Translations under genes and position numbers: made by a program
The notes under the pieces: generated by a model
What the model was told of the DNA's origin: nothing
Databases searched by the model: none
The model's input: only the letters and a program-made list of their open reading frames with translations
Shown here: piece by piece, positions 1-8,400 of the stretch
Numbering within the stretch: the first letter of the stretch is position 1
How the letters are laid out: each line of letters starts with the position of its first letter
Assembly: GCA_041659785.1 (NCBI GenBank)
Contig: JBAZXO010000001.1
Location: forward strand, 241,649 to 305,648
Direction of reading: 5' to 3'
Length of the DNA: 64,000 bases
DNA from: Minisyncoccota bacterium
GTDB lineage: Bacteria > Patescibacteriota > Minisyncoccia > Phycocordibacterales > UBA9973

Positions 1-53
1 TGGTCGAATCAATAATGGATAATTACTTCGAATGATTTGGTATAATTAGATAT

Positions 54-1616
54 ATGAAAAAGGTAGTAATTTATTGTCGAGTTAGTTCTGTAAAACAAAG
101 TACTGATGGTCATGGACTTGATAGTCAAGAGCATCGTTGTAGAGAATATGCAAAGCAAAAAGGCTACAGCGAACCTGTAAAAGTTTTTAGAGATAGCTTT
201 TCAGGTGGTGGAGATTTTATGAATAGACCCGCGATGTCTGCTCTTTTGGCTTACTTAGATAAAGAACCAGCAACAAATTTTATAGTTATTTTTGATGACT
301 TAAAAAGATTTGCTCGTGATACTATATTTCATCTTAAATTAAGACAAGAGTTTGATGCCAGAGGAGCAAAAGTAGAATGTCCCAATTTTACTTTTGAAGA
401 TACTCCTGAGGGAAACTTTATAGAAACTATTTTAGCTTCACATAATGAATTAGAAAGAAAACAAAATCAAAGACAAGTTATTCAAAAACATAAAGCTCGT
501 CTTGAAAATGGTTATTGGTCTTTTACTTCACCTGCGGGATACAAAATGGGGAAAAATCCTATACATGGTTATCTTCTAAACAGAGTGGAGCCAGAAGCTA
601 GTATTGTGAAAGAAGCACTTGAAGGATTTGCTAATGGAAGATTTGAAAATCAAGTCGAGGTTCAGAGTTTCCTTCAACTAAAAAAGTTTCGTAATCTTAA
701 GAAGGTTAGTCTGGATTCAGTTAAAAGACTTCTTACTCGTGTTGTATATGCTGGGTATATAGAATATAAAGAATGGGGTGTAAGCAGAAGAATAGGACAC
801 CATGAACCTATAATTAGTTTAGAAACTTTTGAGAGGATTCAAGACAAATTAAATGGAAAGATAAAAATATTCTCAAGAAAAGATAACAATAAAGAGTTTC
901 CACTTAGAGGTTTTGTTTTGTGTGCTGAGTGCATAAAACCGATGACTGCGAGTTGGACTACTGGCAGAAATAGGAAACATCCTTATTATCATTGTAAAAC
1001 AAAGACATGTCAGATAAGAGGTAAAACAGTTAAAAGAAAGGAAATTGAGGAAAAATTTGAAGCTATCCTGCGTTCTATAAAACCCAAAGAAAAGACTTTG
1101 GCACTTACAAAAGAAATATTACTTGATGTGTGGAACAAGAGGCTTGCAAGCTTAGATAGCTTAAAAAGAAATCATGAAAATGCTTTAGACGAGGTTAGGG
1201 TAAAAATTAGAAACATGATTGATAGACTTTCAAAAACTGAAAATGAGAGTCTAATAAGGACTTACGAGAAAGAATTAGAAAAACTTAGTAATGAGGAACA
1301 AATACTAGAAAATCAGGCGGAAGTCATGAGAAGTAGAAAGCAAGACTTTGGAACCGCCCTAGATGTAACTTTCGATTTTATTAAAAACCCTTATCTTTAT
1401 TGGAAAAAATACGACCTAAAATCAAAACACCTAGTGTTGAAACTGGTGTTTGAAGACAGAATTATTTATGACAGACAAAATGGATTTGGAACCACTAAAC
1501 TAGCTTTACCCTTAAGGGTATTTGAGCTAAATCAGCTAAGTGATTCTATCGATGTGGACCGTACAGGACTCGAACCTGCCACCCCCTCATTGCAAATGAG
1601 GTGCTCTACCAGATGA
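54..1616 (+). CDS. Large serine recombinase (resolvase/invertase-type N-terminal catalytic domain, recombinase domain, zinc ribbon, coiled coil)
   Basis: N-terminal VIYCRVSSVKQSTDGHGLDSQ motif (catalytic Ser). 520 aa. Cys cluster CAEC...HCKTKTC. TATAAT-like box at 41-46. Confidence 0.85.
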   Translation: MKKVVIYCRVSSVKQSTDGHGLDSQEHRCREYAKQKGYSEPVKVFRDSFSGGGDFMNRPAMSALLAYLDKEPATNFIVIFDDLKRFARDTIFHLKLRQEFDARGAKVECPNFTFEDTPEGNFIETILASHNELERKQNQRQVIQKHKARLENGYWSFTSPAGYKMGKNPIHGYLLNRVEPEASIVKEALEGFANGRFENQVEVQSFLQLKKFRNLKKVSLDSVKRLLTRVVYAGYIEYKEWGVSRRIGHHEPIISLETFERIQDKLNGKIKIFSRKDNNKEFPLRGFVLCAECIKPMTASWTTGRNRKHPYYHCKTKTCQIRGKTVKRKEIEEKFEAILRSIKPKEKTLALTKEILLDVWNKRLASLDSLKRNHENALDEVRVKIRNMIDRLSKTENESLIRTYEKELEKLSNEEQILENQAEVMRSRKQDFGTALDVTFDFIKNPYLYWKKYDLKSKHLVLKLVFEDRIIYDRQNGFGTTKLALPLRVFELNQLSDSIDVDRTGLEPATPSLQMRCSTR

Positions 1617-1627
1617 GCTAACGGCCC
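1555..1627 (-). tRNA. tRNA-Ala(UGC)
   Basis: Reverse complement folds as a 73-nt cloverleaf: GGGCCGT acceptor with G3:U70, anticodon loop TTTGCAA, T-loop TTCGAGT. CCA not encoded. Confidence 0.85.
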
Positions 1628-1684
1628 GTGCATAAACACTAAAACTTACTTTTCTCAATTCTGTGTTGCCTTTACGAGGCGCTA

Positions 1685-1704
1685 CAGATGAGCTAACGGC
1701 CCGT
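1685..1704. repeat. 20-bp direct repeat of the tRNA-Ala 5' end (copy of 1610..1629)
   Basis: cagatgagctaacggcccgt is present at 1610-1629 (within the tRNA) and again at 1685-1704. Confidence 0.7.
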
Positions 1705-1895
1705 AAACTAGTTAAAAGTTTTAAAGTTCATAAAGTATAAAGAAAATACATATTTATATTAGCTTTATAACTTTCTACTTTTCACTTTATAACTATTCGT
1801 TATTCTATCTTATTTTACCAATAATGCAAATTATATTGTTGTTTTTTCTAAAATTTCTGTTAGTATATAAGAAGTTCTTTATAAAAGAAGGAAAT

Positions 1896-2222
1896 TCTGG
1901 GGTAGCTCAGCGGTAGAGCGGTCGCCTGTAAGCGAAAGTGCTAGCAGCTTTCTATCGAAAGATAGATCGAAAATGAGGTGAATTCGGGGAAACCCAAACT
2001 TATAATGAGTGGGCAATCCCGAGCCAAGCTCTAATAAAAAATAGAGAAGGTGTAGAGACTATCTCGCAAGAGAGTAGTGTTCCAATTAATTTGGAATCCG
2101 AAGCGCCTCACTTCTAAATTCTTTGAACAATCAAAGAACACGAAGATGATATAGTCCGTACCATTAGTAATAATGGAGAAAACGTAAGCGATTGGTCGTA
2201 GGTTCGATCCCTACCCCCAGAG
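1896..2222 (+). tRNA. tRNA (most consistent with Asn, anticodon GUU) interrupted by a group I intron. Exons 1896..1929 and 2185..2222.
   Basis: 5' exon TCTGGGG-TA-GCTC-AGCGGTA-GAGC-G-GTCGC-CTGT. 3' exon TAA-GCGAT-TGGTC-GTAGG-TTCGATC-CCTAC-CCCCAGA-G. Acceptor and anticodon stems pair only when 255 nt are removed. Splice follows U35 and the intron ends in G. Confidence 0.7.
1930..2184 (+). ncRNA. Group I self-splicing intron (cyanobacterial tRNA-Leu-intron-like, IC3-type) in a tRNA anticodon loop
   Basis: Contains GGGGAAACCCAAAC...GGGCAATCCCGAGCCAAGC and AGAGAAGGTGTAGAGACT blocks that match conserved P3-P7 core sequences of tRNA group I introns. Terminal G; upstream U for a P1 G.U pair; GCAG internal guide pairs with exon CUGU. 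Confidence 0.75.
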
Positions 2223-2227
2223 CCCAA

Positions 2228-2258
2228 TAAAAAAGCCCCTTATGGGGCTTTTTTTTGT
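2228..2258. terminator. Rho-independent terminator (bidirectional)
   Basis: AAAAAGCCCCttatGGGGCTTTTTTTT hairpin between the tRNA (+) and a convergent minus-strand ORF. Confidence 0.7.
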
Positions 2259-2279
2259 TAATTATTGTATTAAATTTAT

Positions 2280-2687
2280 TTAAGCTGCTGTGCCATCTTC
2301 CCTTTCTAAATCAGAATTACTATTCTTTGTTTTATCTGGAATAGAACCGAGAAAATCGAGAGTTTCTTGCCAACTTTCTTTCTCGCCTATGTGCTCTTTT
2401 ATCTCGTGTTCTAACATACGATTAAAATTAGATATCGTTTCTTCAATCTCCTCTCCAGAACGACCTTTTTCAACCTGCGAAGAAATAATTCTCTCTTTTG
2501 CTCTATAAATAATATCTTTTTTTTCTTCCTCTGTTTTACCTTTACATTCTTTTAAACACTGCCTTGCTAATTCTCGAGCAACTGCACTTTCACCTCTCAA
2601 AATACTACTTTTGTTTTCCTCTTGTAAATCAAGAATTCCTGATTTAAAATTTTCACTATTATTTGGTTTTTTAAATTCCATTGTCAT
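2280..2687 (-). CDS. Hypothetical acidic protein
   Basis: 135-aa ORF with no recognisable domain. Confidence 0.45.
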   Translation of the reverse strand: MTMEFKKPNNSENFKSGILDLQEENKSSILRGESAVARELARQCLKECKGKTEEEKKDIIYRAKERIISSQVEKGRSGEEIEETISNFNRMLEHEIKEHIGEKESWQETLDFLGSIPDKTKNSNSDLEREDGTAA

Positions 2688-3005
2688 ATGTTGATATTAT
2701 ATCACACTACATATAAAAATGCAAGTCAAGTGAGGATTTCTTTTAAAAAAGCTGCAAAATAAGACTATTTTGACAAAACAAAACCCCACCTTGCGGCGGG
2801 GTTTTGCGGCACTTATGTTGTTTACGATAAATGTGATTTTTACCTCACACTCACAATGCGAGTATAGCATACATCTTTTAAAAAAGCAAGCCCCCACACT
2901 TATTTTTTGATTGCGCTAGTAGCGCGTTTGTAAAACTATCAAAAGATAAGTAAGTGTGGGAGCAAGTCTCTGTACTATTTTAATAAAATATGCTATAGTA
3001 TATAG

Positions 3006-3308
3006 GCAGGCATCGGATAGCTACTCTTAAAACTTCGGTTTTTGGGGAGGAAAGTCCGAACACAGTTCACCCGCCTCTGGTGGGCGAAAAACAAGTAGAG
3101 GGTAACGCCCTCCCATAGCGATATGGAGTTGCGAACAGAAACGACCCGGTTAAGTCCGGCTGAAACGGCTAAATACTTACTCCTGTGCAAGATCGTGTCC
3201 GCCGATGAGGCGGAAGAATCGCTTGAGCCTTAAAGTAATTTAGGGCCTAGATAAATTGCTATCCCCTGACTTCGGTCAGGGCACAAAATTCGGCTTATAG
3301 ATACCTGC
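3006..3308 (+). ncRNA. rnpB: RNase P RNA (bacterial type, reduced)
   Basis: GGAGGAAAGTCCGAACACAG (P4 5' strand), GGTAACGCC, ACAGAAAC and CGGCTTATAG (P4 3' strand) blocks colinear with E. coli M1 RNA. P1 pairs GCAGGCATC with GATACCTGC. Confidence 0.85.
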
Positions 3309-3320
3309 AAAAAAATGAGA

Positions 3321-3348
3321 GTCCCCTGCCAAAAGCAGGGGATTTTCT
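3321..3348 (+). terminator. Rho-independent terminator after rnpB
   Basis: TCCCCTGCcaaaaGCAGGGGATTTTCT. Confidence 0.65.
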
Positions 3349-3417
3349 ATTCCCCTCGTTGAGGGGTGGCGCTTGCACCGGGGTGGATATTCCACCTCCC
3401 CCTAAAGGGTACTCAGG
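3349..3417. repeat. GC-rich structured repeat element, copy A (second copy 22424..22510)
   Basis: CCCCTCgTTGAGGGG hairpin + GGGGTGGAtattCCACCTCCCC hairpin + GGGTACTC, colinear with copy B. Confidence 0.7.
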
Positions 3418-3904
3418 AAGAGGAGAATTCTACACTATCCCCTTCTTTTAGATTATTTTTATCTGCGAAATTAGTAGATACTTCTAAAACATATTTCGCA
3501 TTTTTCCCTGGCGAAAAACTCTCAGGATATGATTCAGGTAAGGCATTTTTTTGTATATAAACTACTTTCAAATCTTCTCCTATCCAAATAATATCTAAAG
3601 GAAAATTCATATCCTTCATCCAAAAAGCATATTGGCCAGGCTGAGGAAATACAAAAAGCATTCCTTCGTTTTCTTTTAACTCAGTTCTTCCTGAAAGTCC
3701 CTTTTCTTGTATTTCCGAAGTCAGAGCTAAATCAACTTTTATATTTTGTCCCGCTATCTTTACGTATTTTAAATCTTCCAGCCTCTCCCCAACCTCTCTC
3801 CATTTAATGTAAATGGAGAGAGGCAAAGGGGTGAGGTAAGTATAAATTCCGAAAATTACTATCAAAAAAATTACAAAGCCAAAAAAATAATTTTTATTTT
3901 TCAT
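3413..3904 (-). CDS. DUF192-family protein with N-terminal membrane anchor. ORF extends to 3964; the likely start is the internal Met at 3904.
   Basis: FWMKDMNFPLDIIWI motif typical of DUF192/COG1430. Hydrophobic N-terminus. Confidence 0.6.
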   Translation of the reverse strand: MKNKNYFFGFVIFLIVIFGIYTYLTPLPLSIYIKWREVGERLEDLKYVKIAGQNIKVDLALTSEIQEKGLSGRTELKENEGMLFVFPQPGQYAFWMKDMNFPLDIIWIGEDLKVVYIQKNALPESYPESFSPGKNAKYVLEVSTNFADKNNLKEGDSVEFSSS

Positions 3905-3945
3905 TTTTACTTTACAAACTTTATAACTTTTTACTTTATGAACTA

Positions 3946-5337
3946 CTAATGATCCCCATTCCAACCAAAAAGTTTTCCTATGGAATCTGGAGTCTCACGC
4001 TTATGAGGGACCTTAACCATTCCATCTTGAACGACGATTTTAAGTGGTGCTGCGAGGAGGCAATGATGAGAAGCTAATCCATCCTGATATGCACCAGTAT
4101 CGAAAACTGCCACCAGCTGACCATCATCATCATGAAGTTTCGGCATAAGGATATAGTTACCTCCAGCAGTGTATTTATCATCCGAGTCACAGGTGCTTCC
4201 TGCAAGCCATACTGTCTTCAGGACGCCGTGCATATTGTTAGCTGGAATAACATGCCATTTCTGGTGTATTGCCCATGTATCCTTCAAATCATTCATAAAG
4301 CTGCCATCGATAATATACCAAGCCTTTGCATTTGCTTTCGGGATAGCCTTCTTTGAAAGAACTTTATAAATTGTAATCTGGGCTGGAGCAGCAATATATT
4401 GACCCCATTCCACAGCCAAGTTTGGATGCTTTATGCCTGCTTTATCTGACAAACTTTTTAATACTTTAATGATTTTACTGGAAACACCTTTCGCTGTGTA
4501 GAACTTTTTCTTTTCATAAGGAACACCAAAGCCTCCCCCTATGTCTAAGGTGTCGAGAGATGGGTGTGTTTTTTGAAGTTGCGTATAAATACTAAAGGCA
4601 TGCTTCACCCCATCTAGAATACTCTTTTGAGTTTTTATCTGAGAGCCGAGGTGATAATGCATTATTTTTAAATTTTTTATTTTACCTAAATCAAGTACAT
4701 CACTTTCCGAGAGACCAAAGCGGTCAAACTTTTTATCCCAATGTGTATCTGCTTTAATATCTAAGTCTACTCTCACTCCTACATCACCTTTATATTTAGA
4801 AATTCTTTCTACTTCTTCTAGGCTCTCAATAATAGGGACGATATTCATTCCTTTTGCTCGTAATTCTTCCACCAAATCTAAATATTGATCTGTCTTAGGA
4901 CCATTACAAAATACGCGAATTTTACTATTAAATTTTTCTCTCTCCCAGAGATTTTTTACTATCCAGAGCTCATTAGCTGAGGTTACTTCTAAGTTTGCGC
5001 CTTCAGAAAGAATTGGTAAGATAAATTCTTTATTTTGATTTACCTTCATTGGATAGTGATAAAAGAATTTTCCTTTATAACCATAAATCTTCATATAAGC
5101 CTGGAAATAACCAATGAGGTCTTTGAGTCTATCTTCAATAATGAAAGGAAAGATAACTTGGAGCGGGGTGCCATATTTATGTGCTAAATCACTTAAGTTG
5201 TAAATATGGTGGCCTTCGGTAGCGGTGAGCTCGCCATCTTTGTTCACGCCGAAAAACTGAGTGTTGAATTCATCAGCACCCAGTTTCCAAAATTTTTTCC
5301 AATTCTTCCCCGGTTTTTTTATTTTTTTCTTTGGCAT
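3946..5337 (-). CDS. PLP-dependent decarboxylase, alanine-racemase-fold group IV (Orn/DAP/Arg decarboxylase family)
   Basis: Lys in YHYPMKVNQN, HLGSQ, DIGGGFGV glycine loop, and GSTCDSDD Cys motif. Confidence 0.65.
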   Translation of the reverse strand: MPKKKIKKPGKNWKKFWKLGADEFNTQFFGVNKDGELTATEGHHIYNLSDLAHKYGTPLQVIFPFIIEDRLKDLIGYFQAYMKIYGYKGKFFYHYPMKVNQNKEFILPILSEGANLEVTSANELWIVKNLWEREKFNSKIRVFCNGPKTDQYLDLVEELRAKGMNIVPIIESLEEVERISKYKGDVGVRVDLDIKADTHWDKKFDRFGLSESDVLDLGKIKNLKIMHYHLGSQIKTQKSILDGVKHAFSIYTQLQKTHPSLDTLDIGGGFGVPYEKKKFYTAKGVSSKIIKVLKSLSDKAGIKHPNLAVEWGQYIAAPAQITIYKVLSKKAIPKANAKAWYIIDGSFMNDLKDTWAIHQKWHVIPANNMHGVLKTVWLAGSTCDSDDKYTAGGNYILMPKLHDDDGQLVAVFDTGAYQDGLASHHCLLAAPLKIVVQDGMVKVPHKRETPDSIGKLFGWNGDH

Positions 5338-5377
5338 TTAAGTAAAAACAAGTATACCCCCACACTTATTATAAGTC

Positions 5378-5415
5378 AAAAAAAAAAGTTGCTAGGTAAG
5401 ACCTAGCAACTTTTT
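5378..5415. terminator. Bidirectional rho-independent terminator
   Basis: A10-GTTGCTAGGTaagACCTAGCAAC-T5. Confidence 0.65.
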
Positions 5416-8400
5416 ACGCAACAAAATTCTCATTAATAATTCCCTTCTTCGCATCTATTAAACCAGAAGTATAAACAGTAGTATATGATTCATCTGGATT
5501 CTTGCGGTCTATGGTAATGTGATATTCGCCTTTAGCAAGCAGACAATAATAATGACCATATTTATCAGCAACACGGTGGAAGATTTCTTGCGGGAAGCCT
5601 TTTCTAAAGACACGAATGACAGCATATGATAAAGGAGCTTTAGTTGCAGAATCGATAATAGTACCGAAGGTCTTAGGTTTGAAACCAAGTAAGTGGAGAG
5701 CCAAAAGAATACCATAGACGATAAGGATAGCTAAGTTAAGTTTGTCTGGTCGAGATATGAAAAGTCCAATGACAGAGATGAGTCCTATATAGAAGAGAGC
5801 ATTTAGAGCAGCGTTAATGATGCGTGTATTCTTAGAGTAAAACATCATAAGTTTCTTATCTCTCTTCGCAAATTCATTCCAGTCGAAAGCGAGAGGGTCC
5901 ATCGGAATGTTTTTAATGATAACTTCGTTTGTACCCAAAAGAACTTCCCCGCCAAAATATAAATTATCATAAAGTTCATCACTCATTTTACCAGCAAGTT
6001 TTGCTGAAGGAGCTCGATAGTTAGTCTTCTTTGTAGAAATTTGATATGAACCAGGAGGAACAAGGAAACCAAAACGTCCATCCAGGTCTGTAATCGCTGT
6101 TTGAACTTCTTTACCAGTATTATCATTTAAAACTACATAAACTGGATCAAGTGGTTGTTTGGTGACACTGTCGTATACAGTTCCCCATGGCGCGCGTTTC
6201 TTTCTTAGGCCAAGAGACACAAGTAGGACACTCCAGAGTCGTAATATCATAAATGGGATATCTGCAAAAGAAGCTGCTTCTCCACCTACAGAGGCAAGCG
6301 CAATAGCACTACCTCCCCCTGCTCCGAGGGCTGTGACTGTAGTCGTTGTGGCGTTACCTACCGGTGTATCAGAAAATTCAGTAATATTTTTTCTAGTTGT
6401 AGTGATAGCTTTTTTGATTTCGGGTGTAAGAATAGAATTTACTAAATTAGATATAATTGTTTGTCCTGAATCAATAGAAGAATTACCTTCACCAGAACTT
6501 GAGCCACCAACACCAGAACTTCCTGCTCCACCTCCAGTGCCAGCACCTCCGCTTGTTCCAGTTCCACTTCCGGCACCAGAGCCTGATCCACCGGTGCTAC
6601 CACCCGTACCTGATCCACCGCCTGCGCCAGAAGAACCACTTCCCCCCGTTCCTCCACTTGTTCCAGAGCCTCCAGTTCCTCCTCCTGTTCCAGAGCCTCC
6701 ACTAGTATCTTCTCCACTTGTACCACTTTCTACTGTTACAACAACGCTTCCACTTCCTGTTCTTCCAAGACCACCAGTACATGTAAGAGTATACGTATAA
6801 ATTCCAACAGGAAGAGGGTTTGTCGTATAAGTTCCTGAGCCTTCTGTTGATCCAGACCAGTTTCCAGATTTTATACAACCATTAGTTACATTTTGCGTTG
6901 AAAATGTAATGACTGATGTCCCATTGACTGGAATAGATGTTGGATTGGCAGTAACGGTGACAACTGGAGCAAGGGGTGTTTGAAAATCTGTAATATTTTT
7001 AGTTGTAAAGGATAAAATAGAACCTTCAACTTTTCCACTTGAATTCTTCGCAACAGCGCGGAAATAATATGTAGTGTTCTTTGTGAGACCAGAAATCGTA
7101 TCAGAAAAATCACTAACAGCAGATCCTTGGCTGTTATGCGTCGTTTCATTATTTAAAATAGTTTCAGATGTTCCCCACTCAAACCAGCGTGTCGTATCAG
7201 AAGTGCCATTAGGATCCACATTCCCATTGAGTGTTGCATCTGTATCTGTAATAGATGTTGCACTGTTCGTTATAACTTTTGGTGTTTGCAAAATTATTCC
7301 ACCTCCGCCCGTAGGAGAAGGCGCACCAACATTTGTATCATATGATACTGTTACAGAAGATAATGTGGGCGTAGCAGCTCCGCCAGAAGAGAGAAATGCT
7401 TTATATTGAAAATATCTATCATTATCGCTAATAGTAAGAGGATGATTTGAAACAAAGGCAATATCGTTGTTTGCATCAAGGAAATAATCAGTACCATCAC
7501 AGGCTAAAGCAGGCCCGCACCAATTTGACCAGGTGACATTGTCTGCCGAAGAACGTACTTGAAATTTTACAATTTCAGTGGAAGATGTTCCACTAGTTGC
7601 CCAGGCTAATTTTGTAACTTTGTTTGTTGCAGAACTAGAATCAAAGACCGATGAAGTGAGGTTTCCACTTGCACCATACTGCGAATAATTTATGGTGACA
7701 TCACTTAAGGCGGGAGTGACAGTAGTATCGGTAGTGGCAAGGTTAGCACGATATTGAATATAACGATTACCAGCAAGTGCGCCAATACTTCCTCCACTAA
7801 CTACATTTGTCGTCCAAGCTGTCCATGTACCATCCGGTATAGCTACATTGCCTGCTCGCACATCCACTGTAATACTGGTAAGTGCAGGTAATGTCGTTGT
7901 GTATGCAAGAGTTGTAAAATTTGCTTTTGCTCCTGTGTCTATTACCGCAGAAGTGAAGGTGCCGGAAGCTGCGTACGCAGTAGCAATATTAACTTTACTG
8001 ACAATATTGTCAAAACCACTTGAAACCCACATTGAGTCTGTAAAACTATCAAAAATAAGATTACCTGGACTAGTGCCAACAATATAAGTGTTCAAAACAG
8101 CACCGGTATTGATATCAATTTGACTAATTGTATTATCCACAACATTTGGTGTCCATATTGAACTATTCAAATCATCAAAAGCGGGATAATTGGGACCAAT
8201 GCCAACAGCATAAGTACCGACTATGGCTCCAGTACTAACATTAACTTTAATAACTGTATTATTATTTGCATCTGTGACCCACACAGAATTTGTAATACTA
8301 TCAAAAACTACGCCGCCAACACCAGATGTACCCACAGTGTACGTGCCCAGAACAGCACCAGTCGTAGCATTAAGTTTAATAAGATTATTACTAACAGTAC

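Larger units (their letters stand above)
1..1629. mobile_element. Putative right-hand edge of an integrated element. Recombinase gene abuts and overlaps the 3' end of tRNA-Ala; the rest of the element would lie left of the window.
   Basis: Large serine recombinase ORF terminates inside the tRNA-Ala gene. A 20-bp copy of the tRNA 5' end recurs 75 bp away. Confidence 0.35.

Noticed and set aside
2697-3005. tmRNA or another structured RNA between the hypothetical gene and rnpB
   Set aside because: No tRNA-like acceptor/T-arm (GGTTCGA) and no tag-reading frame. Hairpins there look like terminator and promoter elements.
2993-3560. ORFs 2993..3190 (-) and 3366..3560 (+)
   Set aside because: They overlap the RNase P RNA gene and the GC-rich repeat element. 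Sequence is explained by structured RNA.
6159-6800. 213-aa Pro-rich ORF on + strand, plus neighbouring 60-110-aa ORFs across 6.1-9.3 kb
   Set aside because: They are antisense to the Gly/Ser/Thr-rich linker and beta-propeller repeats of the 1282-aa minus-strand protein. Low-complexity mirror translation, with no RBS or independent evidence.
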